Source: a bacterium (lineage in GTDB: Bacteria > UBA8248). Taken from it: a DNA stretch of 64,000 nucleotides. Where the stretch lies: contig CBDATS010000005.1 of the NCBI GenBank assembly GCA_965200245.1, positions 192,001 through 256,000 on the forward strand. Direction: 5' to 3'. Below the pieces are notes generated by a model. The model worked only from the letters and a program-made list of their open reading frames with translations. It had not been told where the DNA came from and ran no database searches. The first letter of the stretch is position 1. The number at the start of each line of letters is the position of its first letter. A program made the position numbers and the translations under genes. Of this stretch, positions 19,184 to 28,744 are shown piece after piece.

Positions 19184-21929
19184 GCTGCGAGTGCCTCATT
19201 CATCTCGGACATGATGCCATCCATCCGGGCACCGAACAGGGCATACATCCGCCCCAGACCACCGTGCACGTCAAAGGGGGTAAGTTCCAGATCGTCACGC
19301 TCAATGGAGAATGAGGTCGTGAGATGGTCCCGAATCATGCGCAACCAGACCATCTGTTCTTCGGAAAATTTCTCGCCCGCTCCAGCGTGGCGTTTCAGGA
19401 TCCAGTCCTGGAAATTTCGCCTGACTCGGTCCGAGTGGTGCGTAAGGTTCCCGTCCAGTCCGCAGACACGGCGAATGAGGGCAACGAGCGCGGTGAGTTC
19501 CACTGTCGGATTATCACCCTTGTAGTCATCGAGATGCGCGTAGGCACGCCAGACGGTCAGCGGGGCAAGGCGCGGGCGGTCTTCCTTCAACTTCGCCAAT
19601 ACGTCCTTGAGCATGGCGTAGGTCACCTCGGATCGGCGGGCGGGCTGCGTGAAGAAAATGGTCAGCGCCTCGACCTCATCAAGGTTTTCCTTGAGGTATT
19701 CCTCGAAGTCCTGAGCGATCTTCTGGGCATTCTCAGCCAGATCGCCAGCCCATCCAGCGCGCAGGAGCGTGTCGAGGTTATCATGGTCGATGGTCTGCTC
19801 GTTGTCGCGGCGGATCGTGTCCAAGAGATTGATGAGCGGCGCAGTGAACACGTTGGCGGCCCGCCTGATCCGTTCCTCGCGTGCTGCCTGCATGGTGGAG
19901 TCGTCGGGTTCGGTGTTGCCGTTAGCCTTGGCGTCGGCCTCGACCTTATCCGGGTCAATCGCGTCGAACAGTTCGCGTACGATGGCAGTAAGGGATTTGC
20001 CGGCAGTTTGTTCGATCCTGGCCTGATCCTCTGTCCTGAGCTTGTTGTCGAGGCGCGAGAGGCGCGCCGCGAAAGAACTCACTGTCTCTTCGGATCGGTC
20101 GCCCATCATGAGACCCATGGCGAGGTCCCTGAACGGGAGCGAAGGCTTCGTGTCGAGCGGCTGGCTTGCGGTCTTGAGCGACCTAGTGACGCCCGCCGCA
20201 TCGACAATGACGTAATGGGTCTTGGCGGGCGCGGATGGCGTGACCTTCCGAAGGTCGTCCGGCGCAAGGACACGGGTGCCGCGACCCTTCATCTGCTCGA
20301 AGTAGTTGCGCGACTTCACGTCGCGCATGAACAGCAGACATTCGAGCGGCTTCACGTCGGTGCCAGTGGCGATCATGTCCACAGTGACGGCGATGCGCGG
20401 GTTGTAGTCGTTACGAAAGGCCGAGAGAGAGGATTTCGGTTTCTTCGCACCGTTGGTAATCTTGCGGCAGAAGTCGTTGCCTTCGCCGAATTCCTGCCGG
20501 ACGGTCTGGATGATGTCGTCGGCATGGCTGTCTGTCTTGGCGAAGATCAGGGTCTTGGGCAGTTCCTCGCGGCCGGGAAACATCTCCACCCACTTTTCAC
20601 GGAAGGTGCGGATGACGGTGCGGATCTGGTCGGGATTCACCACCGAGCGGTCGAGTTGGGAAGCCGTGTACTCCTCCCGCTCGTCCTGTACTTCCCATCG
20701 ACGGGCGCGGGTCTCGCGCTCGCGCTTCTCGACAACCTGCTCGGCCTTCAGCGTTCCGCCGCTTCCGGTAATCCGGGTGTCGATGCGGTAGATATCGTTG
20801 CCGACATTGACCTTGTCAGCCACCGCCTGCTCGTGGCTGTATTCGCTGACCACATTCTTCTGGAAGAAGCCGTAGGTGCGGTTGTCGGGCGTCGCGGTGA
20901 GGCCAATCAGGAAGGCGTCGAAATACTCTATCACCTGCGCCAGAGATTGTTGATGGACCGGTGGCACTCGTCGATGACGACCACGTCGAAGGTCTCCGGC
21001 GGGAGCCCGGGGTTGTAGACGACCGGAAGCGGTTCCTTGCGGTGCCATGCCTGCCCCTCGGGATGCTCTTCTTCCGCGCCATCGGCCAGTTCTTCGCCCT
21101 TCAGGGTCGCGTACATGCGCTGGATCGTTGAGATGACGATCTGGCTGTCGCCGGCAATGTGAGGCGAGGTGAGCCGCTGGACGCTGTAGAGTTCGGTGAA
21201 CATGCGGTTATCGTCCTGGGGGACAAAGGCCATGAACTCCTGTTCGGCCTGCTCGCCCAGATTGCGGGTGTCGACAAGAAAGAGAATGCGGCGAGCGTCC
21301 GCATGTTTCATCAGACGGTATATCTGGGTGATCGCGGTGAAGGTCTTGCCAGCACCGGTCGCCATCTGGACGAGCGCGCGTGGCCTGTCGGCCTTCAGGG
21401 AAGCTTCAAGATTGTTGATTGCATTACTCTGGCAATCACGCAGACCGGCGTGGTCAAGCGGCGGAAGCGTGGCGATGCCGGTTCGAAATGAGCGCGGGGC
21501 GCAAACTCTGGCCTTGAGGGTTTCCGGACGGTGGAAAGTGAAAATCTCCCGAGAGCGTGGCCTGGGATCACGCCCATCCGTGAACCGCGTGACTTGTCCC
21601 GTGCTTTGGTAGAGAAAGGGCAGAGGCTCGGTGTTCTGAATCCAATTCAAGCTGGCTCTGGCATAGCCTTCCGTCTGCCCTTCAACCGTGGTGAGCCTTA
21701 CGCCCCAACTGTCCGACTTGGCCTCCACGACACCGACCGCCTGTCTGTCAACGAAGAGAACGTAGTCGGCGGGCCCGATATCGGTCTGGTACTCACGCAC
21801 CGCGACCCCCGTGCCCGCATCGAAATTGATCGATTCCTTGTCCTGAACGTGCCAGCCCGCCGCTTGTAGTCGGTAGTCGATCCTGTCGCGGGCAACTTGT
21901 TCCGGTGTCTGGTTGAGCTTATGGGCCAT
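19180..21929 (-). pseudogene. hsdR: type I restriction endonuclease R subunit (EcoAI/EcoEI-like), frameshifted near 20935-20940
   Basis: Frame 1 has ADYVLF..VEAK, MATGAGKT and DECH. Frame 2 continues QVIEYFDAFLIGLTATP and QMKGRGTR. The junction TGG CGC AGG TGA is one base short of W-R-Q-V. Confidence 0.9.
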
Positions 21930-22135
21930 GCGCTCACTCCTGAGTACAAACGTTATTGGCAAACATCATGAAACTGTCGACAAAAGTTTCGGGGATACGG
22001 AAAATATGCATCATGTACCTGCCGAAACTGTGGCAACGATCTTTTTTCTGGCACTGCGGCATACAGATTCAATGTCGGGTTTTCGGCGTCTCGATCCCGA
22101 CAACCAAAGCAAAACCGGGGCATGTTGGAATTGCA

Positions 22136-22627
22136 TCAATCCATGAAAAGACGACCATCATCGTGACCCAGAAACGACTTCAAAAACGTCTTGATCTGCT
22201 CGGGACCAGCCATGGAGAGCAACTGGATTCCCAGAAGAAGTAATTTTCTAAAAACAGATGCTTCACCTCTCCGTTTGCACAAGTAGGCAATATCATTTCC
22301 ATTCGCCCATACACCCCACACGGCAGAAGTTTCGGTCATATATGATTTTACTTGTCCCAGTCCGTCCTTTCGCTGATTCCGCATTGTTTCGACTATCCCG
22401 AAAATATCTTTCGTAGGTTCGCGGCCAGAGTTTGGGCGGCAAACGACAATATCGGCCTTGTCGGAAAAAAATCCCGAACCCTTGGGAATTTTTACTTCAA
22501 TATCCAATTCTTCTTTCAGGTAGGCATAATCTTCCACTAAAATCTGTTCGTATTCCTGCCTCAACTTTTCTTCCGGTTTGGAAATGTCTACAGGTTTGCC
22601 CGATGCGTAATCCGGTATCTTCATCAC
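22136..22627 (-). pseudogene. truncated R-M nuclease N-terminal domain (HsdR_N / type IIG-like remnant)
   Basis: KPEEKLRQEY..DIEVKI..KADIVV..GIVET..GLGQVKSYM..WGVWANG. Similarity ends after about 120 aa, and the expected ExK reads ETM. Confidence 0.65.
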
Positions 22628-22770
22628 GCCACGAGCCTCTTGCCGTGCATTCCCGAGACAATGGACTCCTGACGGCTATTGTGGTGACCCGAAATAAGAG
22701 TTTCAGACGTTTTTGGTGTTTTCGGAGAGGTGCTACAGGAAGTTAGTTTACTAGCTGTGCCGCCGGACTC

Positions 22771-22779
22771 ATTATACCA
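22771..22779 (-). promoter_or_regulatory. extended -10 promoter element facing the R-M genes
   Basis: TGGTATAAT (TGnTATAAT) on the minus strand. Confidence 0.45.
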
Positions 22780-23031
22780 AGATTCCCCTTTATCGCGCGA
22801 TACTTTCTGCACATGAGATTTATTCACTTGCTATAACAGAAAATTACTTGCGATCCATCCCCCGACAACATCGATCAATTCATTCATGGCCGCATTCTTC
22901 AATTCAGCCCCATACACCAGATCCGACAGCAACTCCTCGATCATCCAGATATGACTCTTGATAAGGTATGTTGAATTTGCATTTCTTTGATTTGGGAATA
23001 CACTTCTCGGAGCGTACAGGAGGACGAAACC

Positions 23032-24066
23032 ATGAAATTCGCCTTGCACTACAGCTATCAGTCCCGCACTGGAAACTGGGTGGACGCCTACCACAATTCC
23101 CTGGAACAGATCGCCCTGGCAGAGAAGTACGGCTTCGACATGGTGACGACGAGCGAACACCACATGGTGGAGGATAATGGCTATTTCCCCTCCAACATGG
23201 TGACTGCCGCCGGCATCGCCACCCGAACGGAGAGGATGCGAGTCGGCACCTGCGTCCTTCTCCTCCCCTTCTATCACCCCTTGGCGGTGGCAGAGGACGC
23301 CGCGGTGCTGGACATCATGTCCCGGGGCCGCTTCGTGTTGGGGGTGGGACTCGGCTACAGGCGGGAGGAATTCGCGGCCTTCAACGTTCCCTTCGAGGAT
23401 CGCGCTGCGCGTTTCGAGGAGGCGCTCAAGCTGGTTCGTCGGTTGATGACCGAGCAAGGCGTGACGCACCCGGGCCCTTGCTTTCCCATGCAGGACGTCA
23501 CCCTCATGCCTCGCCCCAAGCAGAAACCGTGCCCTCGCATCTGGGTGGGGGCCAAGCTGCCCGCGGCCATCCGCCGTGCCGCGCGCATGGGAGACGCGTG
23601 GCTCGCCGATCCAGTCACTCCGCTCAAGGTGCTCAAGGAGCGAAAGAAAATCTATCTCGACGCCTTGGCCGAGGCGGGGAAGGACACATCAGGTGTGGAG
23701 TTTCCCCTAAGGCGAGAAGCCTATGTGGCCGAAGAGAGTGAGCAAGCCTGGGAAGAGGCGCGCGAACCCATGCTCTACAATTACCAGGAATATCTCGATT
23801 GGGGCCATCTGGTGGATGATGAGGGTAGGCCCGTGAGGCGGGGCACAGAAGCCACGGAAAATCTCAGGCAGCGATTCATCCTGGGCTCACCGGATGATTG
23901 TGTTCGCCAAATCCGACAATATCAGGAGGAACTCGGAACGACCTCGATGCACTTCCGCATGCAGTTTCCAGGTCTTGCTCACACGAAGATAATGAATGCG
24001 ATTCGACTGCTCGGTGAAGAAGTCCTTCCCCATTTCCAGAGCACCCCGAACGAGCAGTGTATCTGA
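23032..24066 (+). CDS. LLM-class flavin-dependent oxidoreductase (luciferase-like monooxygenase)
   Basis: SEHH, HPLAVAEDAAVLD..SRGRFVLGVGLGYR and PRPKQKP motifs. AGGAGG RBS. Confidence 0.92.
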   Translation: MKFALHYSYQSRTGNWVDAYHNSLEQIALAEKYGFDMVTTSEHHMVEDNGYFPSNMVTAAGIATRTERMRVGTCVLLLPFYHPLAVAEDAAVLDIMSRGRFVLGVGLGYRREEFAAFNVPFEDRAARFEEALKLVRRLMTEQGVTHPGPCFPMQDVTLMPRPKQKPCPRIWVGAKLPAAIRRAARMGDAWLADPVTPLKVLKERKKIYLDALAEAGKDTSGVEFPLRREAYVAEESEQAWEEAREPMLYNYQEYLDWGHLVDDEGRPVRRGTEATENLRQRFILGSPDDCVRQIRQYQEELGTTSMHFRMQFPGLAHTKIMNAIRLLGEEVLPHFQSTPNEQCI

Positions 24067-24105
24067 GCGGGAGGTGAAATTGTTTCCGCAGGGCTTCCGA
24101 CTCGG

Positions 24106-24308
24106 ATGACCAACCACGAAAAGCGAATCGGGGTCATTGCCAGCGGAAACAGCGGCCTGGATCGAGCGCATCTAACGAGGTATATATCTTCTCGCGACCC
24201 TCGCTCAGGACGAAATGTTCCACGAAGGATGGCGGGAAGTACTCGACCGGATCGTGCAAGCCGCTTGCAAGTCCCGGGATTCCATCATGGAAAATTCTTC
24301 AGAGTGAG
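24106..24308 (+). pseudogene. possible decayed small gene
   Basis: Protein-like reading AETAAWIERI*RGIYLLATLAQDEMFHEGWREVLDRIVQAACKSRDSIMENSSE*, with an internal TAA and an out-of-frame ATG at 24106. Confidence 0.3.
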
Positions 24309-24622
24309 GCTTTACGGATTTTTTTTCGCCATCGCCAAGCGAAACATGCCAAGATGCAGGATAGAAGCATGGTTTGGTTCAGAATAGTTTCGCAGAAAGA
24401 TCCTGAGAACGGTGGCGATGATCGATGCCTGATTCTACACGCTCGGGACAACATCCAGAACTATGTACGACCCCTCTCCTTCGCGGAACTGGACTGGCTT
24501 TGGGCTCAATAGCCGCGAGGGGGTGAGACTTTGATGCGGTGCGACATCGAACGCCGGGCCAGATTTCGGTTGACCACGGGCCAATCGAGCGATCCGGTGG
24601 CGACACCAGGGGAGACTGTTTC

Positions 24623-24823
24623 GTGAGCAATCAGATCGACTGGATGGTGAACCATGCCAGAAGGGGCCGGATCGATCGCCGCAAATTCATGGACCGGGTC
24701 ACGGCGCTTGGGGGCACGGCCACGTCGGCAAGCGCTCTTCTGACCAAGGCAGGTGTCGCCGAAACACCGCCTTGGGGTAGCAGTTATGCCCACGGCCCGA
24801 AATGGTGGAGAATGGCACCATGA
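24623..24823 (+). pseudogene. N-terminal fragment of a Tat-exported ABC substrate-binding protein
   Basis: GGAG RBS then GTG. SNQIDWMVNHARRGRIDRRKFMDRVTALG..AETP resembles the twin-arginine leader of peptide SBPs, and the reading ends shortly after. Confidence 0.5.
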
Positions 24824-26244
24824 CGCAGGGCGCGCGCACGTTTAAGGCCTTCGACGATCTCCCCGGTCCCCGGGGACTACCGGTGCTGGGTAACCTCCAT
24901 CGGATCCGTTTCGACCGGCTCCATCTGATTTTGGAAGACTGGGCGGAGCAGTACGGTGAGATATTCCGGATTCGCATCGGGCCAAAACGGATCGCGGTGA
25001 TCTCGGATTGCTCGGCCATGCAGCACATCCTGGCGCAGCGTCCTGAGGAGTTCCGGCGCACTACAATGCTGGAGGCGGTGGCCACCGAAATGCGTCTCAA
25101 GGGCGTCTTCGCGGCCGAGGGCGAGGACTGGCGCCGGCAACGGCGGATCGTCATTGCCGCCCTGAACCGCGCGCGGCTCAAGGACTTTTTCCCCACACTG
25201 GCGATGACGGTCGAGCGTCTGAAGCGACGCTGGGAACGGGCGGCAGACACTTCGGAACCCGTGGACCTTTGCCGCGATCTGATGCGCTTCACCGTCGATG
25301 TCACCATGCAACTCGCGTTCGGTGTCGATGCCAACACGCTGGAAACACCGGGTCCGGTCATACAGCACCATCTCGACAAAATCTTCCCCGTGTTGCACCG
25401 GCGCGTGAATGCCGCCTTTCCGTGGTGGCGCTATTTCCGTCTGCCCTCGGACCGTGCGCTCGAGCGTGCGATCAAGGCCCTAGAGCGGGAGGTGGGCGAC
25501 ATGGTCCGCGCCACGCGGGAGCGTATGGCGGCTATGCCCGAACGACGCGACACTCCGACGAACTTCCTGGAAGCCATCCTGGCGGCGGTTGAGACTGAGG
25601 AGTCCGGGTTCACCGACGCCGAGATATTCGCCAACGCCGGTACGCTGCTGCTGGCGGGCGAGGACACAACGGCAAACAGCATGGCCTGGATTATGCACTA
25701 TTTCACGAAGTATCCAGAGCATTTCGAACGGGTCCGGCGCGAGGTCGACGCGGTGGTCGCGCCCGAGACGGCCATCGTTAGCCTAGAACAGGCGACCAAA
25801 TTCCCGTTCCTCGATGCCTTCTGTAACGAGGTGATGCGCCTGAAACCCATCGCGCCGGTCCATGTGGTCGAGTCGGTAACCGACACCACGATCCTGGGTT
25901 ATGCGATCCCCAAGGGGACGCAGATCATGATGTTGGCCCGTCGCATGGCGACCCGGGACGAGAACTTCGGTGAAGGGAAACGTTTCGTTCCCGATCGCTG
26001 GCTCGTTCCCGCCGGGTCAAGAACATGTCCGCACGATCGCCGCGCCTTCATTCCATTCGGAAGCGGGCCGCGCCTGTGCCCAGGGCGCAGCCTCGCCCTG
26101 CTTGAGATCCGGACGGTCCTTGCGATGCTGTGCCGGAACTTCCAGTTGAAGCCTGTGCACGGCGGCACCGAAGTAGGCGAGCATCTGGTGTTCACGATGA
26201 TGCCGTCCAACCTGTCCGTACGCCTGAGCCGATTGCACGGGTGA
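24802..26244 (+). CDS. cytochrome P450
   Basis: LPGPRGLPVLGN, AGEDTT (I-helix), EVMR (ExxR), FVPDRW and FGSGPRLCPG (heme Cys). Confidence 0.96.
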   Translation: MVENGTMTQGARTFKAFDDLPGPRGLPVLGNLHRIRFDRLHLILEDWAEQYGEIFRIRIGPKRIAVISDCSAMQHILAQRPEEFRRTTMLEAVATEMRLKGVFAAEGEDWRRQRRIVIAALNRARLKDFFPTLAMTVERLKRRWERAADTSEPVDLCRDLMRFTVDVTMQLAFGVDANTLETPGPVIQHHLDKIFPVLHRRVNAAFPWWRYFRLPSDRALERAIKALEREVGDMVRATRERMAAMPERRDTPTNFLEAILAAVETEESGFTDAEIFANAGTLLLAGEDTTANSMAWIMHYFTKYPEHFERVRREVDAVVAPETAIVSLEQATKFPFLDAFCNEVMRLKPIAPVHVVESVTDTTILGYAIPKGTQIMMLARRMATRDENFGEGKRFVPDRWLVPAGSRTCPHDRRAFIPFGSGPRLCPGRSLALLEIRTVLAMLCRNFQLKPVHGGTEVGEHLVFTMMPSNLSVRLSRLHG

Positions 26245-26647
26245 GCGGCAACGACTTGCTGTCGTCCGCCGTCGAAGCGCGAATGTGGCAAATGATTGGG
26301 CTGAGGTGCAGTTCCTCGCATTCAGATGTTCTCCGGGATTTTGGCAGGCTGCAGAAAGCAGGGGGTTGCTCTTGAACGACCTCTTTCTGAAACCAACTCG
26401 ACCAGAGGAAGAGTCTGCCTCCAGGCGAAGAGATTTTGGCCTCTTTCCAGGTTCCTTTTCCAAACCCCTGGTCAACGCCTTGAGTATCAGAACTGCTTCA
26501 CGAAGCGAATTCGGTGGAATGCGCTTTAATCGTAGGGTTGCGCGTTTGACTCGCGCTCCTCGGCCACCACTTGGCAACCGCTTCGGAGCAAGCGGCAGGT
26601 TTTGGTTATCAACGACCAGAATTGGATTGGTGTCGAATGAAATGATT

Positions 26648-27523
26648 TTATTTCGACTCGGAATGCACGAAATAGATGCCCGTTGATATGAGAATCGCTC
26701 CCCCGAGCATGAGTGTCGTCAGTGGCTCACCGAGCAGCAAGGCACCCATCAACACCCCGAAAACGGGCGTCAAGAACATGAAAACGCCCACGCGGCTCGC
26801 TGGGTAGTCCGTCAGCAGCCAAAGCCAGGGGATCATGGCCAGCCCCGTGCCGATCAGGCCGCTATAGCCCACGCCGGTGAGCACGTTGGTGTCCGTGAGG
26901 TCTGGCCAGGACTCACCGAGAATCGAGGCCATGAGGAAAAACGGCAACACAGCCAGAATCTGCGTCCAGGCGGTGATACGGAAGGCGTCGAAACCTCTCA
27001 GCCTCATTTTCAGTAAAACCGATTGTACAGCCCATACCACGGCCGCCAGGACGACGACGATGTCTCCGTACAATGTAGAACCGCCAGCCGAGGAGAGCTT
27101 GTCGCCAAAAAGGAACACCATGCCAAGGCTCGCGGCGATGAAACCCAGAATTGCGCGAACGCCGACACGCTCATTGGGGAGAATCCACGCTGCCAGCGCC
27201 GTGAGTATCAGTGGCTGGGCATAGAGGAACAGGGAAGCGCGACCGGCGGTGGTGTGGTCCACGCCATGATAATAGGTGATGAACATGAGGTTGTGCAGGC
27301 AGGCGTTGAGCCAGAAGTCCCGGTTTTCCCCCGAAAAACCCGGGCGTGGCGGCAGGACGGGCATATTTCGCATGAACATGATCAGAAAAACGCTCGCTGA
27401 GGAGATGATACCCCTCAACCACAGAAACGTGAAAGGCTCTACGCCGCGCAGGCCTATTTTTGCCGCCGGAAAACTCAGGCCCCAGAGAAAAGTAACTGTG
27501 AAAATCAAAACGAAAAAACGCAA
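26648..27523 (-). CDS. DMT/EamA family transporter
   Basis: LWGLSF start, about 10 TM segments, LTPVFGV..LLGEP. Confidence 0.9.
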   Translation of the reverse strand: MRFFVLIFTVTFLWGLSFPAAKIGLRGVEPFTFLWLRGIISSASVFLIMFMRNMPVLPPRPGFSGENRDFWLNACLHNLMFITYYHGVDHTTAGRASLFLYAQPLILTALAAWILPNERVGVRAILGFIAASLGMVFLFGDKLSSAGGSTLYGDIVVVLAAVVWAVQSVLLKMRLRGFDAFRITAWTQILAVLPFFLMASILGESWPDLTDTNVLTGVGYSGLIGTGLAMIPWLWLLTDYPASRVGVFMFLTPVFGVLMGALLLGEPLTTLMLGGAILISTGIYFVHSESK

Positions 27524-27599
27524 TTTCTGCCCATCCTTTCAGCAAATCCGCTCTTGATCGGGTATTACCGGGCGGGTGCAATCTGAGGTAAGCGCATAT

Positions 27600-28223
27600 T
27601 TAACTATCGGATTCTCTTTTCCTGGGAAACGGGTCCAGATCTTGCAAGTCCACTTTTTGCTCGAGTTCGTCATGGCAAGCGTCACAGCGCGGCTGAGCCG
27701 TAGCCGCCACCATGAACCCTTTCGTCCTGTCGCCGCCTGGTCGATGGCCGTTATGGCACTGTACACATTCCGCCTTGAGCTCCGCGTGATCCGAGATGGC
27801 GTGAAACGCGTCGTCGACCAACTCGAGGAGACGTTCCTCGGAGTGGCACTTCACACAGTCCTTGTCATGTATGGGATGGAAAACGCGCGAGGGCTGTTCA
27901 TAATCACCTATGATGAACTTGTAGAGATCCTTGTTCGCGAGTATCGTCGTGCGAATCATCCCCGCAATGCCCTCTTCCCCGTGACAGGAGATGCATCTCA
28001 CACCGCCCGCGCTCTTGTGCCAGCCACCCAATGTCTTCACCATGGACTTCGCGCGCACCCCATCGTCGAGATAATCCTGGTGATCCTGAAGATGGCAAAC
28101 CGTACAAAAAGGATCATAGGATTCCACGGCACGAATCCCGTACAGGCTGCCGACCCCGAGCAGCGGGGACAGCAGGACGAGCAGAATCAACCACCGCCAC
28201 AGGTGTTTCGGAGAGCTTCTCAT
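27600..28223 (-). CDS. membrane-anchored pentaheme cytochrome c (NapC/NirT-like)
   Basis: N-terminal TM helix and five CxxCH motifs: CTVCH, CISCH, CVKCH, CVQCH, CDACH. Confidence 0.88.
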   Translation of the reverse strand: MRSSPKHLWRWLILLVLLSPLLGVGSLYGIRAVESYDPFCTVCHLQDHQDYLDDGVRAKSMVKTLGGWHKSAGGVRCISCHGEEGIAGMIRTTILANKDLYKFIIGDYEQPSRVFHPIHDKDCVKCHSEERLLELVDDAFHAISDHAELKAECVQCHNGHRPGGDRTKGFMVAATAQPRCDACHDELEQKVDLQDLDPFPRKRESDS

Positions 28224-28356
28224 TCAGGTTCTCCCCGGCTCAAACATGCCGATGTAAATTCCATAATCCGGCAAGCTCAAAACGAATACCAAATCTTTCT
28301 CTTCCTCATTATAGCGCGATTTGCTAGGATAGCTTTCATTATCGGAGGTTGATTCC

Positions 28357-28719
28357 ATGGTCAGAACGAGATTCACAGCCCAAAAACGCCGACCGGGACG
28401 CAGAACCACACCCCGGACACCCACCCCCACTGGCGAAAGCGCCAAAGAGGTCGCCGCGCGCCTGAAGGCAACGGCGCTCGTGGGAAAGAAAGCGCAAGAC
28501 TACAGGCGCAAGTCGCTGGAAATTCACGGCTGGTTCTGTGCGAAATGTGGTCGCGATTTTGATGAAAACAACCTCCACATCCTCACGGTTCACCACCGGG
28601 ACGGCAACCACAAGAACAATCCGCCAGGTGGAAGCAACTGGGAAAACCTGTGCGTGGATTGCCATGTGGACGAGCACTCCCGCGATATGCTGGGCCGCTA
28701 CCTCAGCGACGACGGCTAA
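28357..28719 (+). CDS. yajD: YajD-family HNH nuclease
   Basis: YRRKSL..WFCAKCGR..LTVHHRDGNHKNNPPGGSNWENLCVDCH. Confidence 0.88.
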   Translation: MVRTRFTAQKRRPGRRTTPRTPTPTGESAKEVAARLKATALVGKKAQDYRRKSLEIHGWFCAKCGRDFDENNLHILTVHHRDGNHKNNPPGGSNWENLCVDCHVDEHSRDMLGRYLSDDG

Positions 28720-28744
28720 TTTCTGTCTTCGATACGTCATCATC

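Noticed and set aside
15940-21018. Long plus-strand ORFs 15940-17277 and 19324-21018
   Set aside because: They are antisense shadows of hsdM and hsdR typical of GC-rich codon usage, with no motifs.
28357-28719. HNH nuclease as a mobile or defence element
   Set aside because: It matches the conserved housekeeping-context YajD pattern and sits in an operon with aroA.
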